This document shows, in pieces, positions 11,152-23,535 of a DNA stretch of 64,000 bases. The stretch spans positions 186,001 to 250,000 of the forward strand of contig LVLI01000295.1 of the NCBI GenBank assembly GCA_001687465.1, given 5' to 3'. The translations under genes and the position numbers were made by a program. The notes under the pieces are model-generated. The model was not told the origin of the DNA. It ran no database searches and saw only the letters and a program-made list of their open reading frames with translations. This stretch comes from Halocafeteria seosinensis. Its lineage: Eukaryota. How positions within the stretch are numbered: the stretch's first letter is position 1; every line of letters starts with the position of its first letter.

Positions 11152-12006
11152 ATGAATGATGATGATGATGGGAGTCATCGTCATCCTCCTCATCGAGAAG
11201 AAGAGCAGGGGCACCAACGAGTATTACAGGAGATTCGAAGCAGGTCTACCACTCGACACGACAAGGATTCACAAGAAGATACTTTCCGCATGAATTCCCA
11301 GGAAGCAGTGAAATTGTGCGAGGAAGGCAAGCGATTCCTGTTCCAGCGGCACGAATACACCAAGGCTCTGGAATGTTTCGAGGAGGCAATAGCCCTGGTC
11401 CCCGAGTTTGCGGCCGCGTACTTGCATAAAGGCATGGCGCTATTGTGGAGAGGACAGAAACCCCCACACAAATGGATTCTTGATGAACATAATGCTTCAG
11501 CCGCCCACCAGGCCATCGAGGAGGGTTTCGACCCATGTCTCTCAAAGCTGCCAACGTTTCCCTTGGCTTGTTTCATGAAAGCAACTGCCTCAATTGACTG
11601 CGGCAGACACGAGCAAGCGCAAGCTATGTTGGATGCTACGAAGCCGGATGCCTTCAAGGAATCAAACGCCATTCAAGCTAGCAGGCATCGACTAGAAGCA
11701 CATAAACAGCTAGCCACCTTACAGACAACCGACCGGAATGTTCCCAACCCGTGCAGTCCATACAACAAAGTAATTGCGGAACTAGACAAGGGCCTGAACG
11801 TCGAAAAGTTATCTGGACCTGAAAAACAGTTCCTCTGGTATGACAAAGGATGCGTCTTCGCTTTGGCTGGCCGCTACATGGAAGCTTTGGAAGAGTTTAC
11901 GCGGGTAAAGGATAACGGGCCACTGAGAAATTTCAAAAGCGTCAATCTGACTATCCAAGAAGTCAATCACCTGATTTCCGGCGAAGAAGGACAATTCCAC
12001 GAGTAA
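11152..12006 (+). CDS. TPR-repeat protein
   Basis: EGKRFLFQRHEYTKALECFEEAIALVPEFAAAYLHKGMAL and LWYDKGCVFALAGRYMEALEEF fit the TPR consensus. ATG 11152 chosen because the longer ORF overlaps the divergent neighbour. Confidence 0.8.
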   Translation: MNDDDDGSHRHPPHREEEQGHQRVLQEIRSRSTTRHDKDSQEDTFRMNSQEAVKLCEEGKRFLFQRHEYTKALECFEEAIALVPEFAAAYLHKGMALLWRGQKPPHKWILDEHNASAAHQAIEEGFDPCLSKLPTFPLACFMKATASIDCGRHEQAQAMLDATKPDAFKESNAIQASRHRLEAHKQLATLQTTDRNVPNPCSPYNKVIAELDKGLNVEKLSGPEKQFLWYDKGCVFALAGRYMEALEEFTRVKDNGPLRNFKSVNLTIQEVNHLISGEEGQFHE

Positions 12007-12160
12007 AGACAAAGCAACCGTGACACGATTATACGAGTGGGCACACTAAACAGGGCGTGGTTCAAGATGGAGTACGTAGTAGACTTTACTCCAGAACAAG
12101 TGGATTCATATACATGTGCACAAAATACGTTTACCTCTAAAAGCGAATACAAAACACTTC

Positions 12161-14978
12161 TTAATCCAGTCCTGCTTTCTCTTTATAGCCTCTAAGCTGA
12201 TCGCGGAACCTCTCAATAATATCAGACTTCGCATCCAAGTAACTCTCCACTTCATCTGCAAAATTAGCCATTCCCATCGTGCGCACTCTGTATGACAAGG
12301 TTGTTTCTTCTTTCAGAAGATTCATTAGCTCTTCCATGCGCTGTCGATGCACCCTCAGAATGGCATCATCGTCCTTGGTCAGACGGACCGGCTGTTCATC
12401 GCTGGATCGCGATTCTTCTGGAGGGCCCGCGCTTGGATGTCTCTTATTCTTTCCCGGTTTTTCTTTTGTTCTTTTCTTGTCCGCTGAGCGCACTCGTCGG
12501 TGAGACGTGTTGTCCTCCGGCTCTACATCGGACTCTTTAAACGGCCGCTGTTTCTGTGCTGGCGAGTCACTCTTCTCCTGAGCGTTGTTACCACCAACCT
12601 GCTTTTTATGGGCTGCTTGCATCCGTGCTTCTGCTCGCTCTCTAGCTTCCTTGCCTCGTCGACGGTGCTTACTCGTATCGGCGGCTTTCTCCGCGACCTG
12701 TTGCGCCTTGGTGTTCGGATCGACATGATCCTTATCCAGATACGCACACCCATGAGGGGCTACCAATGCATCGCCATTTTCTACACTCTCTGTGCTGATT
12801 TCTTTAACGCGGTAAGCATAACGAAGGGTATTCAAGGTATGCTCACAATTTGCCATATTTGGGCTGATAGTAGCGATCATCACACTTCGACTATTCCCCA
12901 CGAAACTGTCTTTTAATACCTGGGTGAGCTTGCTTCCTCGGAACGGCAGATGGCTGCTCTCTTGATGAAGACTTCGAATACATTCTTTCAGCGCTAGTAG
13001 ACTCTTATTTATTTCAGCTCCTTCGAGTCTTGTTCTTTTGTCTGACGTAGTAGTATCAGCCCCGCGCTCGCTGCCGGCTAAATCGATAAAGCTAAAATTA
13101 CTATACAATTTTGCACCCCGGTCTGGATCACGGCCTCTACGTGTGTCCCACAGGGAAATTTTCAGTACGGCGTGTGATCGACTACTGTCGGAATTGGCAC
13201 CAGTGACACCTACCGCACGGCTATTCAGACCTTGCTTCATCGCATCGATTAGCTCCTCGACGGAATGAACTTCGAAAGATTGCAATCCTTTGATTACAAC
13301 AGCTCCAGCATGATCCTCTAGTGCCTTTAATTCCCGGCGATCGTTGAGAAGATCATACAGTTTAGATCCATAAATTTCATATAAACTCACTCGGACCACA
13401 AACTTCTTCGATGCAAACTGAGGCGATTTGATGGCGGCAAAAATATCCTTTGCTGCCAAGAGATAGACGCCCGGTTGTTTATAGGGGTTGTTCGGGTCAC
13501 CCATCATGGTAAATGTTTTCCCTGATCCCGTCTGTCCATATGCGAAGCATGCAACTCGTGCACCTTGCAATAAAGATCCTACAAGAGGAGCTGCAGCCTG
13601 TTCATAAATTTGTTTAGTGTCGCATGTGTGATCGAACGCATCATCAAATGTAAATGTATGCTGATCCGAACTCGCTGTCAAATCCACACTAAGTTTAGGC
13701 TCATGAACGAGGAGAGTTCTTTTCGACACCGACTGAACGATGTCAATATCAGAATCTTTCTTCTCGACCTTACTCAACGGACGCTTTCTGACAAGAACCT
13801 TGATACGGGTATCATCTTCGGTTGACATTTTCTGAAGATAGTCAACGCGCGCTGCTGGATCCTCTTCAGCCGAGGGAGCACGTTTCTGTTGCCCACTCTG
13901 CGCTGCTGGGGCTCGTGACGTTTCCTTGCTACGTTCCGCGGGATGTTCAAAGGCTGAACTTCGTGGAGGTGGGTGGTCTGACGATTGTTGCTGGCCCGGT
14001 GCTTTACGTTGCTTTCCACCAGCGTTTTGTCTTGGAATTTCCAACACATTCTCGTCATTTTCCTCTTCTGTATCAACATCATCATAAGCTCCATCCATGG
14101 GATCAGACGCGCCCTCTCGTCCACTTGACCTGCGAGATACTTTATCTCGGGTTTCTAACCACGCTTTAAAGAACTCAGGGATTTTTGCGGGTTGCTGTAG
14201 AACACTGCTGATAACTCCTGCTTGATGTAGATCTTTAGCAAAAGCTCGTACAAGCGAGCGATTTTGAGACGATGTTACGCCCTCTAAGGCGTCAGCTGGT
14301 ATTCTTTCGGCAACTTTGTCTAGAATATTGGATTCGTCATCGCCTTCTTCTCCCTTATGCTCATCCTCGCTTGCATCGTCTCCACGAGGAGATCCTATTT
14401 GCTTGAAAGAGTCACAGGTATCATTGAAGGAGATGTCATTATTTACATCCTCCTCTGGCGTAGAAGCTTCCGTGGACTTATTATTGAACGATTTTTCGGG
14501 TGTCGCCCGATGGTGTTCGGCCGCCTGCGGGAGAGCCTAAGAGGATGGATGGAACAAAACGTACCAAGAAAGAGCACTACAACGTACCTGGCGCACTCGA
14601 GTAACCAGTTCGAACAGCCTTCTCCGATCAGCAACATTGGTGACCCCTAAAGCATCATAGTCGTCATATGTCAAAGCCGCTAAAGCCTGCACGTTGCGGG
14701 CTAGCCATGCCCAACTCAGGGTAGTTGCAGTGTTCGTGTAGAGCACTTACTTGAGGCGTATCGACAGATCTCGCTTTAAATGAATCGATACAATCCGCAA
14801 GTCCAATGCGTTTCAGCCACTCAAATACCACTGGCTGGTTATTATTAGAACTATCAGTAGATGCCTTAGACTCTCCGTCCCCGTCAGACTGCCGCGAAGG
14901 AGGCGGTGGTGGAGATATGTCATTGTGCTTGAGACTAGACGGCGGCGATTTCCCCATGGTTTGCACTTCACCATTCAT
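12161..14978 (-). CDS. Kinesin-13 with N-terminal SAM domain (KIF24-like); introns ~14750-14687 and ~14587-14537
   Basis: Internal motor: VRKRPL, GQTGSGKT, SSRSH, DLAGSER, ALKECIR. SAM-like VFEWLKRIGLADCIDSFKARSV..ALAALTYDDYDALGVTNVADRRRLFELV. Confidence 0.92.
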
Positions 14979-15077
14979 CTTTGCATGTACCTCGCCTGTG
15001 CAACTGTAGTTTATTGACTGCAATTGGCCAGAGCGAATAACTCGTTCAAATCATTAACGGCTGTCACATGATGGATA

Positions 15078-15640
15078 CTATGTGCTGTACACAGGGTTAA
15101 AATGAGACCCCATTTTTGCTACTATACAGAGCAGAGACAATGCATATAATGAGAAATTATCGCCACGAAAGGGTTTATGCGTCATATAAGCCGTATACAC
15201 CGCACGCAGCATGTTCTGAAGACACGACGAAGCACTCTCGTACCCCTCCCCTTGGAGCTCCCCGAAAAAGGGTTTTTGGAATTCCACCGTCCACTTGGCC
15301 GAGTCCGCCGTAGTCAAGCGCATTTCTAACCTCGTTTCAGCGCTCCAACCGCGCTGTCCATTGAATTCTCCGGTAGAAATGTGACCAAACAAGAATAACA
15401 CAGAGAGGAATCCACATGGGCGTCGTATAAAGCAACAATGGAGGCACGGAAGAAAAAAAAAATCCCCTGGCCGTTTAGTGATTCAACTTACCTCCCAGAC
15501 CTTCCTCTGTATCGTAGCGCTTCGAACAATAGCTGCTCTAGGGAAGTCAGACGAGTATGATTGTACATTTGACTGGGTTGGAAGAGGAACACAATCGACA
15601 ATTCGCCTACTAGCACCGTTTCCTCCGGGTACTGTACTGC
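15078..15640 (-). CDS. Possible small spliced hypothetical gene
   Basis: Open frames at 15401-15078 and ~15640-15492 (VPGGNGASRRIVDCVPLP...RKVWE) ending in a GTAAGT donor at 15491. No recognisable domain and start not found. Confidence 0.3.
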
Positions 15641-16126
15641 AAAGCCAGCGAGCGAGAAGTTATCCCGTCTACTTCAAGCAAACAATTGTTTGTACGGTGG
15701 ATAGTGTTGCATTTCACGAATCCAACCACTGTTAAAAGGAACTACGTGGCACTGTCTACTTGGAAGACGGCATACCTAAAAGGCTCTAGCATTGGATTGT
15801 ATAGTGATTGTACTACTCAAACCCAGAGCTGCTTGTGAAGCTTTAGGCCGACTCCAGGAGTGTACCCAGTTGTTGGGAACCACACAGCTACCAAGCTACT
15901 GGTTGTTCTGGGATTCACTACTATCGATATCTCTTCTCATTGTCTCGTTCTGATTCCGCCTTCCACGTTGTCCAATTCCAATGTGTGCGTCTTTAGCGTA
16001 CGTTAGTTGCCTGCAGTTTAGTTATGTTGTTTTACAAGTCGGCTTCCCCGGTCATGGAGGTCTCCGACACTCTGTATGCTGCCATTGACTCCAAAGGAAC
16101 TCCTCAACGACGGTGCGATCGCCGAG

Positions 16127-19100
16127 TTACCGACCCTTTTTGCCACGAAGCCGACCCAATCTTTGCTTAAAGTTTCCGAACCGACCCTTTGACGACGTAG
16201 GACTGACCTCAGCTGCATCCGACGAAGCACCTGCCGCAGACTCAGATTCGGGCTTGTTGTCAAAAATATCTCCTTTCATTGCTGCAAGGAACGCATTCCC
16301 GGCCTCTGCCGCTTGACGAAATTCCTCTGGTTCGTCCTCATCATGAGCACTATCTTTGGTGTTCACAGGGGCAAACTTAGGCTCTGAAGGCGAAGCATCA
16401 GCCGCTGAGCCATCTGTTGTCTGATCATTATCTTCTCGCATGTCTGAAATTGCCGAACCTAAGGAGGCCTGCATCATATCTCTATAGGAAGAATCTAGCA
16501 ATTCATTATCGTTTAACAACTTAGATACCGCATCCGCTATCATTTCCTTCGATTCGTTACTTAACAAGCCAGACAAACTTGTGTAAGCTCTGTATGCTTC
16601 CAAACACACCATTGCAACCTCTTCAAGATCATCTAAGCGAGCGCCGGGCCACAAAGGCACATCACTTGCTCCTTCTTCTGGGTTTTCTTTAAAGCTTTCA
16701 GAGCGAGATGCTTTAACCAAGCCATTAGAGACCTCCAGTAGCTTGTCCAGGATGAAGCCTTCTCTCAGTTCCCTTGGAGCGTTCGCCACACAGCGCATGA
16801 GGCAGCGAAGAGTTTCGACCACTAGTTCAGTTGGCCCACCCTTCAATGTATTCTGAAGCATGTCGTTCACATCCTGTCGAATAGATCGATCCTCCATGGC
16901 CGCGGTGTAGGAGTACAGAGAAGTTACCGCACGAATGGCAATCCTGGCTACGGAAACGTGCTCATCTTCTATCAGTTGCCTCACCAGACTTAAGCCATGA
17001 TTCTTCAAAAGGTAAACATCTAAGTGCTGAAGGATACCACTGAGCATGCCAGCAACACACTGCCGGACAAACTCGTTAGGGTTTGAGCCAATACGCTGAA
17101 GCGTCGCCAGTAAGTGCTCCATAACTTCTTCGCCACCAAACGCCCCAGCCGACAAGACGCACTGTTCTATCAGGGGGCTATGTATGGTAGAGTTCCACCC
17201 AGCTTTCTTCTGGGAAACAATTTGAAGAAGCTCTCTGATTGCGTAGGCCACGGTAGGACGTGGTAGTGACGGGACAGAGAGTGTACCAGCCCCGAATAGA
17301 GGCAACAGGAAGGGGGCGTTGGCGGCCCCAAACGAAGGGGTAGTAGAGCCCGACTGCTTGTGGGAGTCTGAATCGGCGTCTACGTTATACAGCCACTTTA
17401 GCTGCCGAATATTACGGATCCATGCATATCTATGAAGAGTCTCTTGGTCGCTGCTAAATGGTTCTTCTTCATCATCTGACGCCTGGATTCCCACCTCATC
17501 TTCAAGTCCGTTTCGTAACAAAGACGATACTAGACCTGAGCATAAGTACCGTATTAATTTCTTATCTGATACTTTCCACTTCTGGCATTGCTCATGAATT
17601 GTCAATGGATATCGTTCAACTCCCATTCGCTTAAAATCAGGAAACTTCAAGTCGAACGCGTGAAGGAACGTCGGATAAACAACGTTCAAAGTGACAATAT
17701 CTCCAAAGGCCAAACAGACTCCCCGAAGAACAGACCCGTATGCAAAACGAATCCTCTTACCAGCGGCAGTCGTGGTTGGAGCACTGAACGAGGCATAGAA
17801 AATATCAGGAATTAGGGTTTCCAAGAACCACTTCAGTCCCGCATACTGGACACAGACGTCTTCAAGAGAATATAAGCTTTGGCATATGGTTTCCAGGGCA
17901 GGTCTCTTATCCAACTCTGCCACTTGCTTCCGAGTCCCGCCCTGAAGTAACACTATCCTGCCATCTAAGATAGCATCGAAAAGCCTGCATCGTAAACAAT
18001 GTTCATCCTGAGGAAGTTCCTTTGTAGCACCCTCCTCCAGCAGGTTGCGTAGGTCCGAAACTTCGATCGTAGCACTGGTTTCGGGCGCTTCACCAAAATA
18101 TTCCGAAGCAACGGTATAGCGCTCGTTCGAGTTCTTGTCATACAAAGCGAACGTGTCCTCCACAACTACTTTGTGCAACACAGGAAGAGTGGATATGAAT
18201 GCAGTTACAAGCCATTCAGTTTTCTTCACATCCTCCATAGACATTTTCCTGGAGCCCTGGTGACTACGCGAGATACCCATTTCTCGCAGGTAGCTACTAC
18301 CACTGACATCTTCAGAATGAGAGTCGGAAAGAGGGCCAGATGCAGACAAACGTCGGCTATTACCTTCACGAGAATCACTACGGTGACTCGAATCATTTTC
18401 GTCCCGTTCATTGTGCTCGATGCTAGTTTCGACATCCACCACGAGATCCATAAACTGGGGGAGCAAAGCTGTCCATAGGATCCCTAATTCCCATGCCCAT
18501 TCCAGCATGTTAGGCAGGAAAAATCTAACCGAAACCATCCACGCATCCCGTATACTCAAGTTGTTGTATAGATTGCGACCAGCTCCCCTGAATTCCGTAT
18601 TTACATCTACATGTCCCGTAGTCGAGTTGATTTGGCCTTCGACTTTAGTAAGCGCCTCCTTGACGCAACGTTGCATGTGTCCGTCTACACCAAACGTTGT
18701 ATTCCCTTGTTGCGTAGCAGTTTCATCCGTAGTACTGGGACCATGAATCAAGAACCGCCACATTAGATCTTCCAGTTCAGCAAACTGTCGCCTAACGGGA
18801 CCGCGGAGAGCGGTAAGGCCCGAGGCAGAATGGTGGCTCGATTCGTGAGAATTCCAGGCGTTCTCAGCATATAGTTTACGGAGACATGTGACTACACATG
18901 TAGCACCAATTGCAACGCCGGCTGTAACCTCCGGGTTTTCATCCTCACATAACAGATTAAGGGTAGCTAGTACAGAATCAATGCGCCTTTCGGAAAGATA
19001 AGGTGTAACAGTACCACATAGTCTACCAGCCAATATTCTCCTTTCAGTACTTCTGTGAGTGGCCATGGTCAAAATATGAGGAAGCAATTCGCTCTCCGGT

Positions 19101-20893
19101 TCAACATTGCTCCTGCTGGAGAGAAGACTCTCCACACACTTGATAATCTCCAATTGCTCGTCTTCCGAAGGTCTCTTTATTAGATGAAGCATCTGCTGTC
19201 CCAAAACGCGACGAGCATCCGCGGAGGTGTGGGTGCCGATGACAGCACTAAACAGTGGAAGCAGAGACCTTCTCTGTTTACTTGCGATAGATTTACTCAG
19301 TACAGGCAAAGCTGAAGACAAAGTCTCCATGACTGAAGAGGTATCAACTTCCTGGCTGACCTTCAGGGTGGATAAGTATTGGGCAGCCGTAACACTGGAA
19401 TAATTTCCATCCTTATCCGCTCGAGGTTCGTGGCTTGTCCCTTCGACATCTTCGCCGGCACTAGGTTTAACCATGGTGAGTTCGTTCCGTAAGGACTCAG
19501 CACGGGCGTTGGCCGCCTCCAGTTTTTCCTCTGAAGCATTGAGTTCGGACGCTGTTGCATCCAATTCTTGTATGGTATCATCAAGGCGCTGTTTTGTACT
19601 CTCAAGTTCACGATTCATTGACTCCACCTTCTCGGCTGATTTTTTTAACTCCTCAATCTGATAGGGGATGATATGAGTTTCAAACAAGGAAACGGGATAC
19701 ACTCATAAACATTTTGACACGCACCGGCTGAATCTGTTGGCGATACAAGCTCAACAAAGAGAAGTTTTCGTCTGACGAAGGCACAGTAGCATGCTCGAGC
19801 GGCAAATCCGCATATGAGTCTTCTATTCCCCCCGACTCTTGTTCAAACGTTACCGCGGTCATTGAATAAGGCATATCTAACAGATAACGCCGGACCAAAG
19901 CATTCAAAACTTTACGCTCCGTTTCCTGATAAGACAAAAAAAAGCTGCTCATGTCAGCACTAGTGGCATTACACTAAGACGGCTGTCAAACGCAACGTAC
20001 AGTGGCATGCGGCGGGTATGCTGAAAGATCCACAGCTGACTTGTCTTCCGAACCATCATCGCTTGCGCCGAGCCTCGTTTCTTCAGGTTTCTCGTGGGCC
20101 AATTTATGCATTTCGGTATTGTTTCCTGCTTTCATCTCCATAAGCTGTTTTCTAGTATGGGACAATTGTTCCGACACGGAATCATAATCTGATTGCAGAC
20201 CACGAAGGCGGTATTCAAGGAACGCGATTTTCTGTTCCCGAGAATCTAAGGCAGAAGCAAGTCCGTCCGAGACGAAAGGGGGCTCAAACTTTGAAACAGA
20301 GGTAGGAGCTGCAGGTAACTCCCATGTGTCCGGAAATTGCATAATTAATGATGTTACCCAGAAGGATAACGTACCTTCCCCTTGCTCAGCCGCCTTGTTG
20401 GCTTCTTGTTCATTCTGAACCAGGAGTGAATCCAGTACATCCTGGTCCGTAAAAATGTTATTTAGCTGTTCAATGTTATGCGGGACGCCTCCATTTCGTT
20501 CTAGTAGTTCTTGATGCAGTTCCAACGCTGTCAGGTAGAATCTCTTCCGGAGGAGGTAGTTGGCCACTTGGTTGCTCTCTTCCAGATCTCGCGCCTGCAG
20601 CCAGCAACAAAAGAAGAAGTAGAAATCCCCAAACATGTCAACCTATGGCGGTAGTGGTTCCCACCACGTACATAAGTCCATTCATCTTGTGGTTCTTTCG
20701 TTTGCTCTTTTGTTTGTAGAGGCAGTCTCAGTTTTCCATTCGCCGCAGGCGCTGTCGTGCCTGCGGGATAGGACGAGTACGATGAGATGGAAGAATGGCT
20801 CTGATGGTGGGCACTTTGCTGTCTAGAAGCATTGCTTCCACCATCATTCTCCCCCAATAATCGGTCTAAATCTTTGTAGATTTGGGACTCCAT
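16127..20893 (-). CDS. RELCH: RELCH/KIAA1468-like LisH, coiled-coil and HEAT-repeat protein (Rab11-binding family), ~4 introns in the 5' part
   Basis: VANYLLRKRFYLTALELHQELLE, LisH ERKVLNALVRRYLL..YSMTAVTFEQE, LIKRPSEDEQ..I, ESELLP.....H...ERRIL, and C-terminal HEAT repeats. Confidence 0.85.
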
Positions 20894-21242
20894 TTAGCTA
20901 GGTTCGTCTGTACAGGACACGAAAACACTTGCCAAATGTTTTTCCTCTTTACTTGCTCGTATGAAGGGGACCACCCTGAGACACATTACCAGCCCAACTC
21001 CATTGAATGGGTTGAGGTGAATACAGAGCTGAATAAGGCCACAGATCGATCGATGGAACACGACAATCTTTTGTTAGAGTTTTGCTGGCTTCATTAACCT
21101 TTCCTGTATGTATCTCTCGCCTTGTGTGTTGTGTTGTGTATGCAGTGCACTGCCGGCAAAGTTATTATTTTCCTTTCTATAGCGCATCCAAAGCTGTAGC
21201 GGTTGTTAGTGTGAGCAGAATCGAGCGTGGACGTCGATAACC

Positions 21243-23514
21243 ATGAGTGACAACTCGGGCACCCCGGCTTCGAAGCAAAGTGGCAATACAGTATGGGCTA
21301 CTCCCGCTTCCAGAGACGCCCAGGGGGTCATTAGGACCCCATATTCCGAGAAAAGCACTGGACGTGGTGTTGCATCGAGTCCGTGGACCGGGAATACGGA
21401 CAGTAACACGCCTGGACAAGGCGAACAAGGAGGATCTTTAGGGACATCCGAGTTCCCTAGTCTAAAGGATCTAAAGAAAGCGTCCAAGAAGAAATCCTCC
21501 CCGAATAAAGCTCCAGGAAGCCTGAAGAAAGCCTTCAGCAGCCGGAGGAAGTGGAAAGTACACGTAGGTTGAGGATCTGTTATAAAAGAAACATATATAT
21601 ATAGCGAAGTGATAGAATTCATGGCTTTTTTTATGCTTGCAGGGAGATGGTGAATCCTCACGATATTCGGAAAGTCATCCAAGTGAATCCGTCGGTAATG
21701 GCCACGAAGATGTCAATGAGGAAGACGAAGGTGCGCAAGTAGTCAACACGGGTGGAGACGAAGTGCAATGGGGCTCGTCGCTCTTCCCCGACGAAGAGCG
21801 GTACCGCGACACCTCCCTCAACAATGCTTTTCCGTTCTCCGGCAATATGAGCTCGGAGGATCGACAGCACTCAGGTGGTCAGCATAACGGTATAGATGAA
21901 AGCCAAAATGCTCCCAGCAATGGACACCAAGCGCCGGAGACATCGAGGGATGAGAAAACGGCAAGAGAAAAGCAAGACGCTATTGAACTACAACGTCAAG
22001 AAGAGGAGAAAGAGAGGAGACGGCAAGAAGACTTAGAGAAGCAACGCCGTCAGGAAGAAGAATTGAAACAACAGGAGGAACTGGAGAGGCAGCGTCGCGA
22101 AGAAGACGAGCGAAAACAACAAGAAGAGCTGGAGAGACAGCGTCGTGAAGAAGACGAGCGAAAACAAGAAGAAGAACTGGAGAAACAGCGTCGTGAAGAA
22201 GAGGAACGGAAACGACAGGAAGAGCTGGAGAGACAGCGTCGTGAAGAAGAGGAGCGAAAACAACGAGAAGAACTGGAGAGACAGCGTCGTGAAGAAGAGG
22301 AACGAAAACGACAGGCAGAGCTGGAGAGACTGCGTCGCGAGGAAGAGGAACGAAAACGACAGGCAGAGCTGGAGAGACAGCGTCGTGAAGAAGAGGAGCG
22401 AAAACGACGAGAAGAGCTGGAGAGACAGCGTCGTGAAGAAGAGGAACGAAAACGACGAGAAGAGCTGGAGAGACAGCGTCGTGAAGAAGAGGAACGAAAA
22501 CGACAGGAAGAACTGGAGAGACAGCGTCGTGAAGAAGAAGAGCGAAAACGACAGGAAGAGTTGGAGAGACAGCGTCGTGAAGAAGAAGAGCGAAAACGAC
22601 AGGAAGAGTTGGAGAGACAGTGTCGTGAGGAAGAAGAGCGAAAACGACAGGAAGAGTTGGAGAGACAGCGTCGTGAAGAAGAGGAAAGGCTCCGCCAAGA
22701 AGAAGAAGAGCGAAAACGACAAGAGGAGCTGGAGAGACATCGTCGTGAGGAAGAGGAACGGAAACGACAAGAGGAGCTAGAGAGACAGCGTCGTGAAGAA
22801 GAGGAAAGGCTCCGCCAAGAAGAAGAAGAGCGAAAGCGACAAGAGGAGCTGGAGAGACAGCGTCAAGATGAGGAGCGAACGCGACAAGAGCAGTTGGAGA
22901 GCCAACGCCAAGAAGAAGAGGAGAGGAAACGACGGGAAGAGCTCGAATGCCAAGAAGCGGAAAGACAAAGACAAGAAGAAGCGGATAGACAAAGCAAAAA
23001 AGGAAGAGAGGGGAAACGAAATGAAAACCTGGAGCGTCAGCGCCGGGAAGAAGAAAAGCGCCAACAAGAGCTCGAAGACGAGGAGAGAAAGCAGCGAGAA
23101 GACTCCGAGCGTCGGCAACGACAAGAAGTGGAAACGAGACGACAAAAGTACCGTGGTGATGAAGAGAGGAAACAAGAGGAACGACGAGATGCAGAGGCAC
23201 AGAAAATGGAGGGACAACGTCGAAACCAAACGGACAGCCCACAGCAACAGAATGGGGAAGGATCACAGAAGCCATCGCCAAATGATAGTACTCAGTGTAA
23301 GGAAGAGCGGACATCAGAAACCAGATCAACAGGGAATTATCGTGGCACCGAGCATGAGAATATATATCTTCGAAGTGGAGTACACCAACGTTCAAGTTCT
23401 CTGTCGGAGGAGGACGAATCCGCTGACGATTGGTCATTTGCTATAGCGGCGGGTGCCTTCTGCGTTATCGGAATTGGCACCGTTATATGGCTGCGGAATA
23501 GGCGTCTATTATAG
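21243..23514 (+). CDS. Tail-anchored protein with a long E/R/K/Q charged helical repeat; one intron ending at 21642
   Basis: Exon 1 from ATG 21243 to a donor at ~21558/21564, acceptor cttgcag at 21642. C-terminal hydrophobic helix FAIAAGAFCVIGIGTVIWL followed by RNRRLL*. Confidence 0.75.
22045..22870 (+). repeat. Coding minisatellite, 48-bp unit (REEEERKRQEELERQR), with a 120-bp higher-order duplication at 22681/22801
   Basis: ctggagagacagcgtcgtgaagaagagga.cgaaaacgac recurs every 48 bp. The lines starting at 22681 and 22801 are nearly identical. Confidence 0.95.
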
Positions 23515-23535
23515 GGAATGACTACGCTTAAAATC

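Noticed and set aside
22045..22870. Regularly spaced repeats resembling a CRISPR array
   Set aside because: The units are contiguous with no unique spacers, they encode protein, the context is eukaryotic, and no cas genes are present.
21980..23437. Long antisense and alternative-frame ORFs (485, 245, 211, 217 aa) over the repeat
   Set aside because: By-products of a stop-free 48-bp purine-rich repeat. Only the E/R-rich frame links to a start exon and a TM tail.
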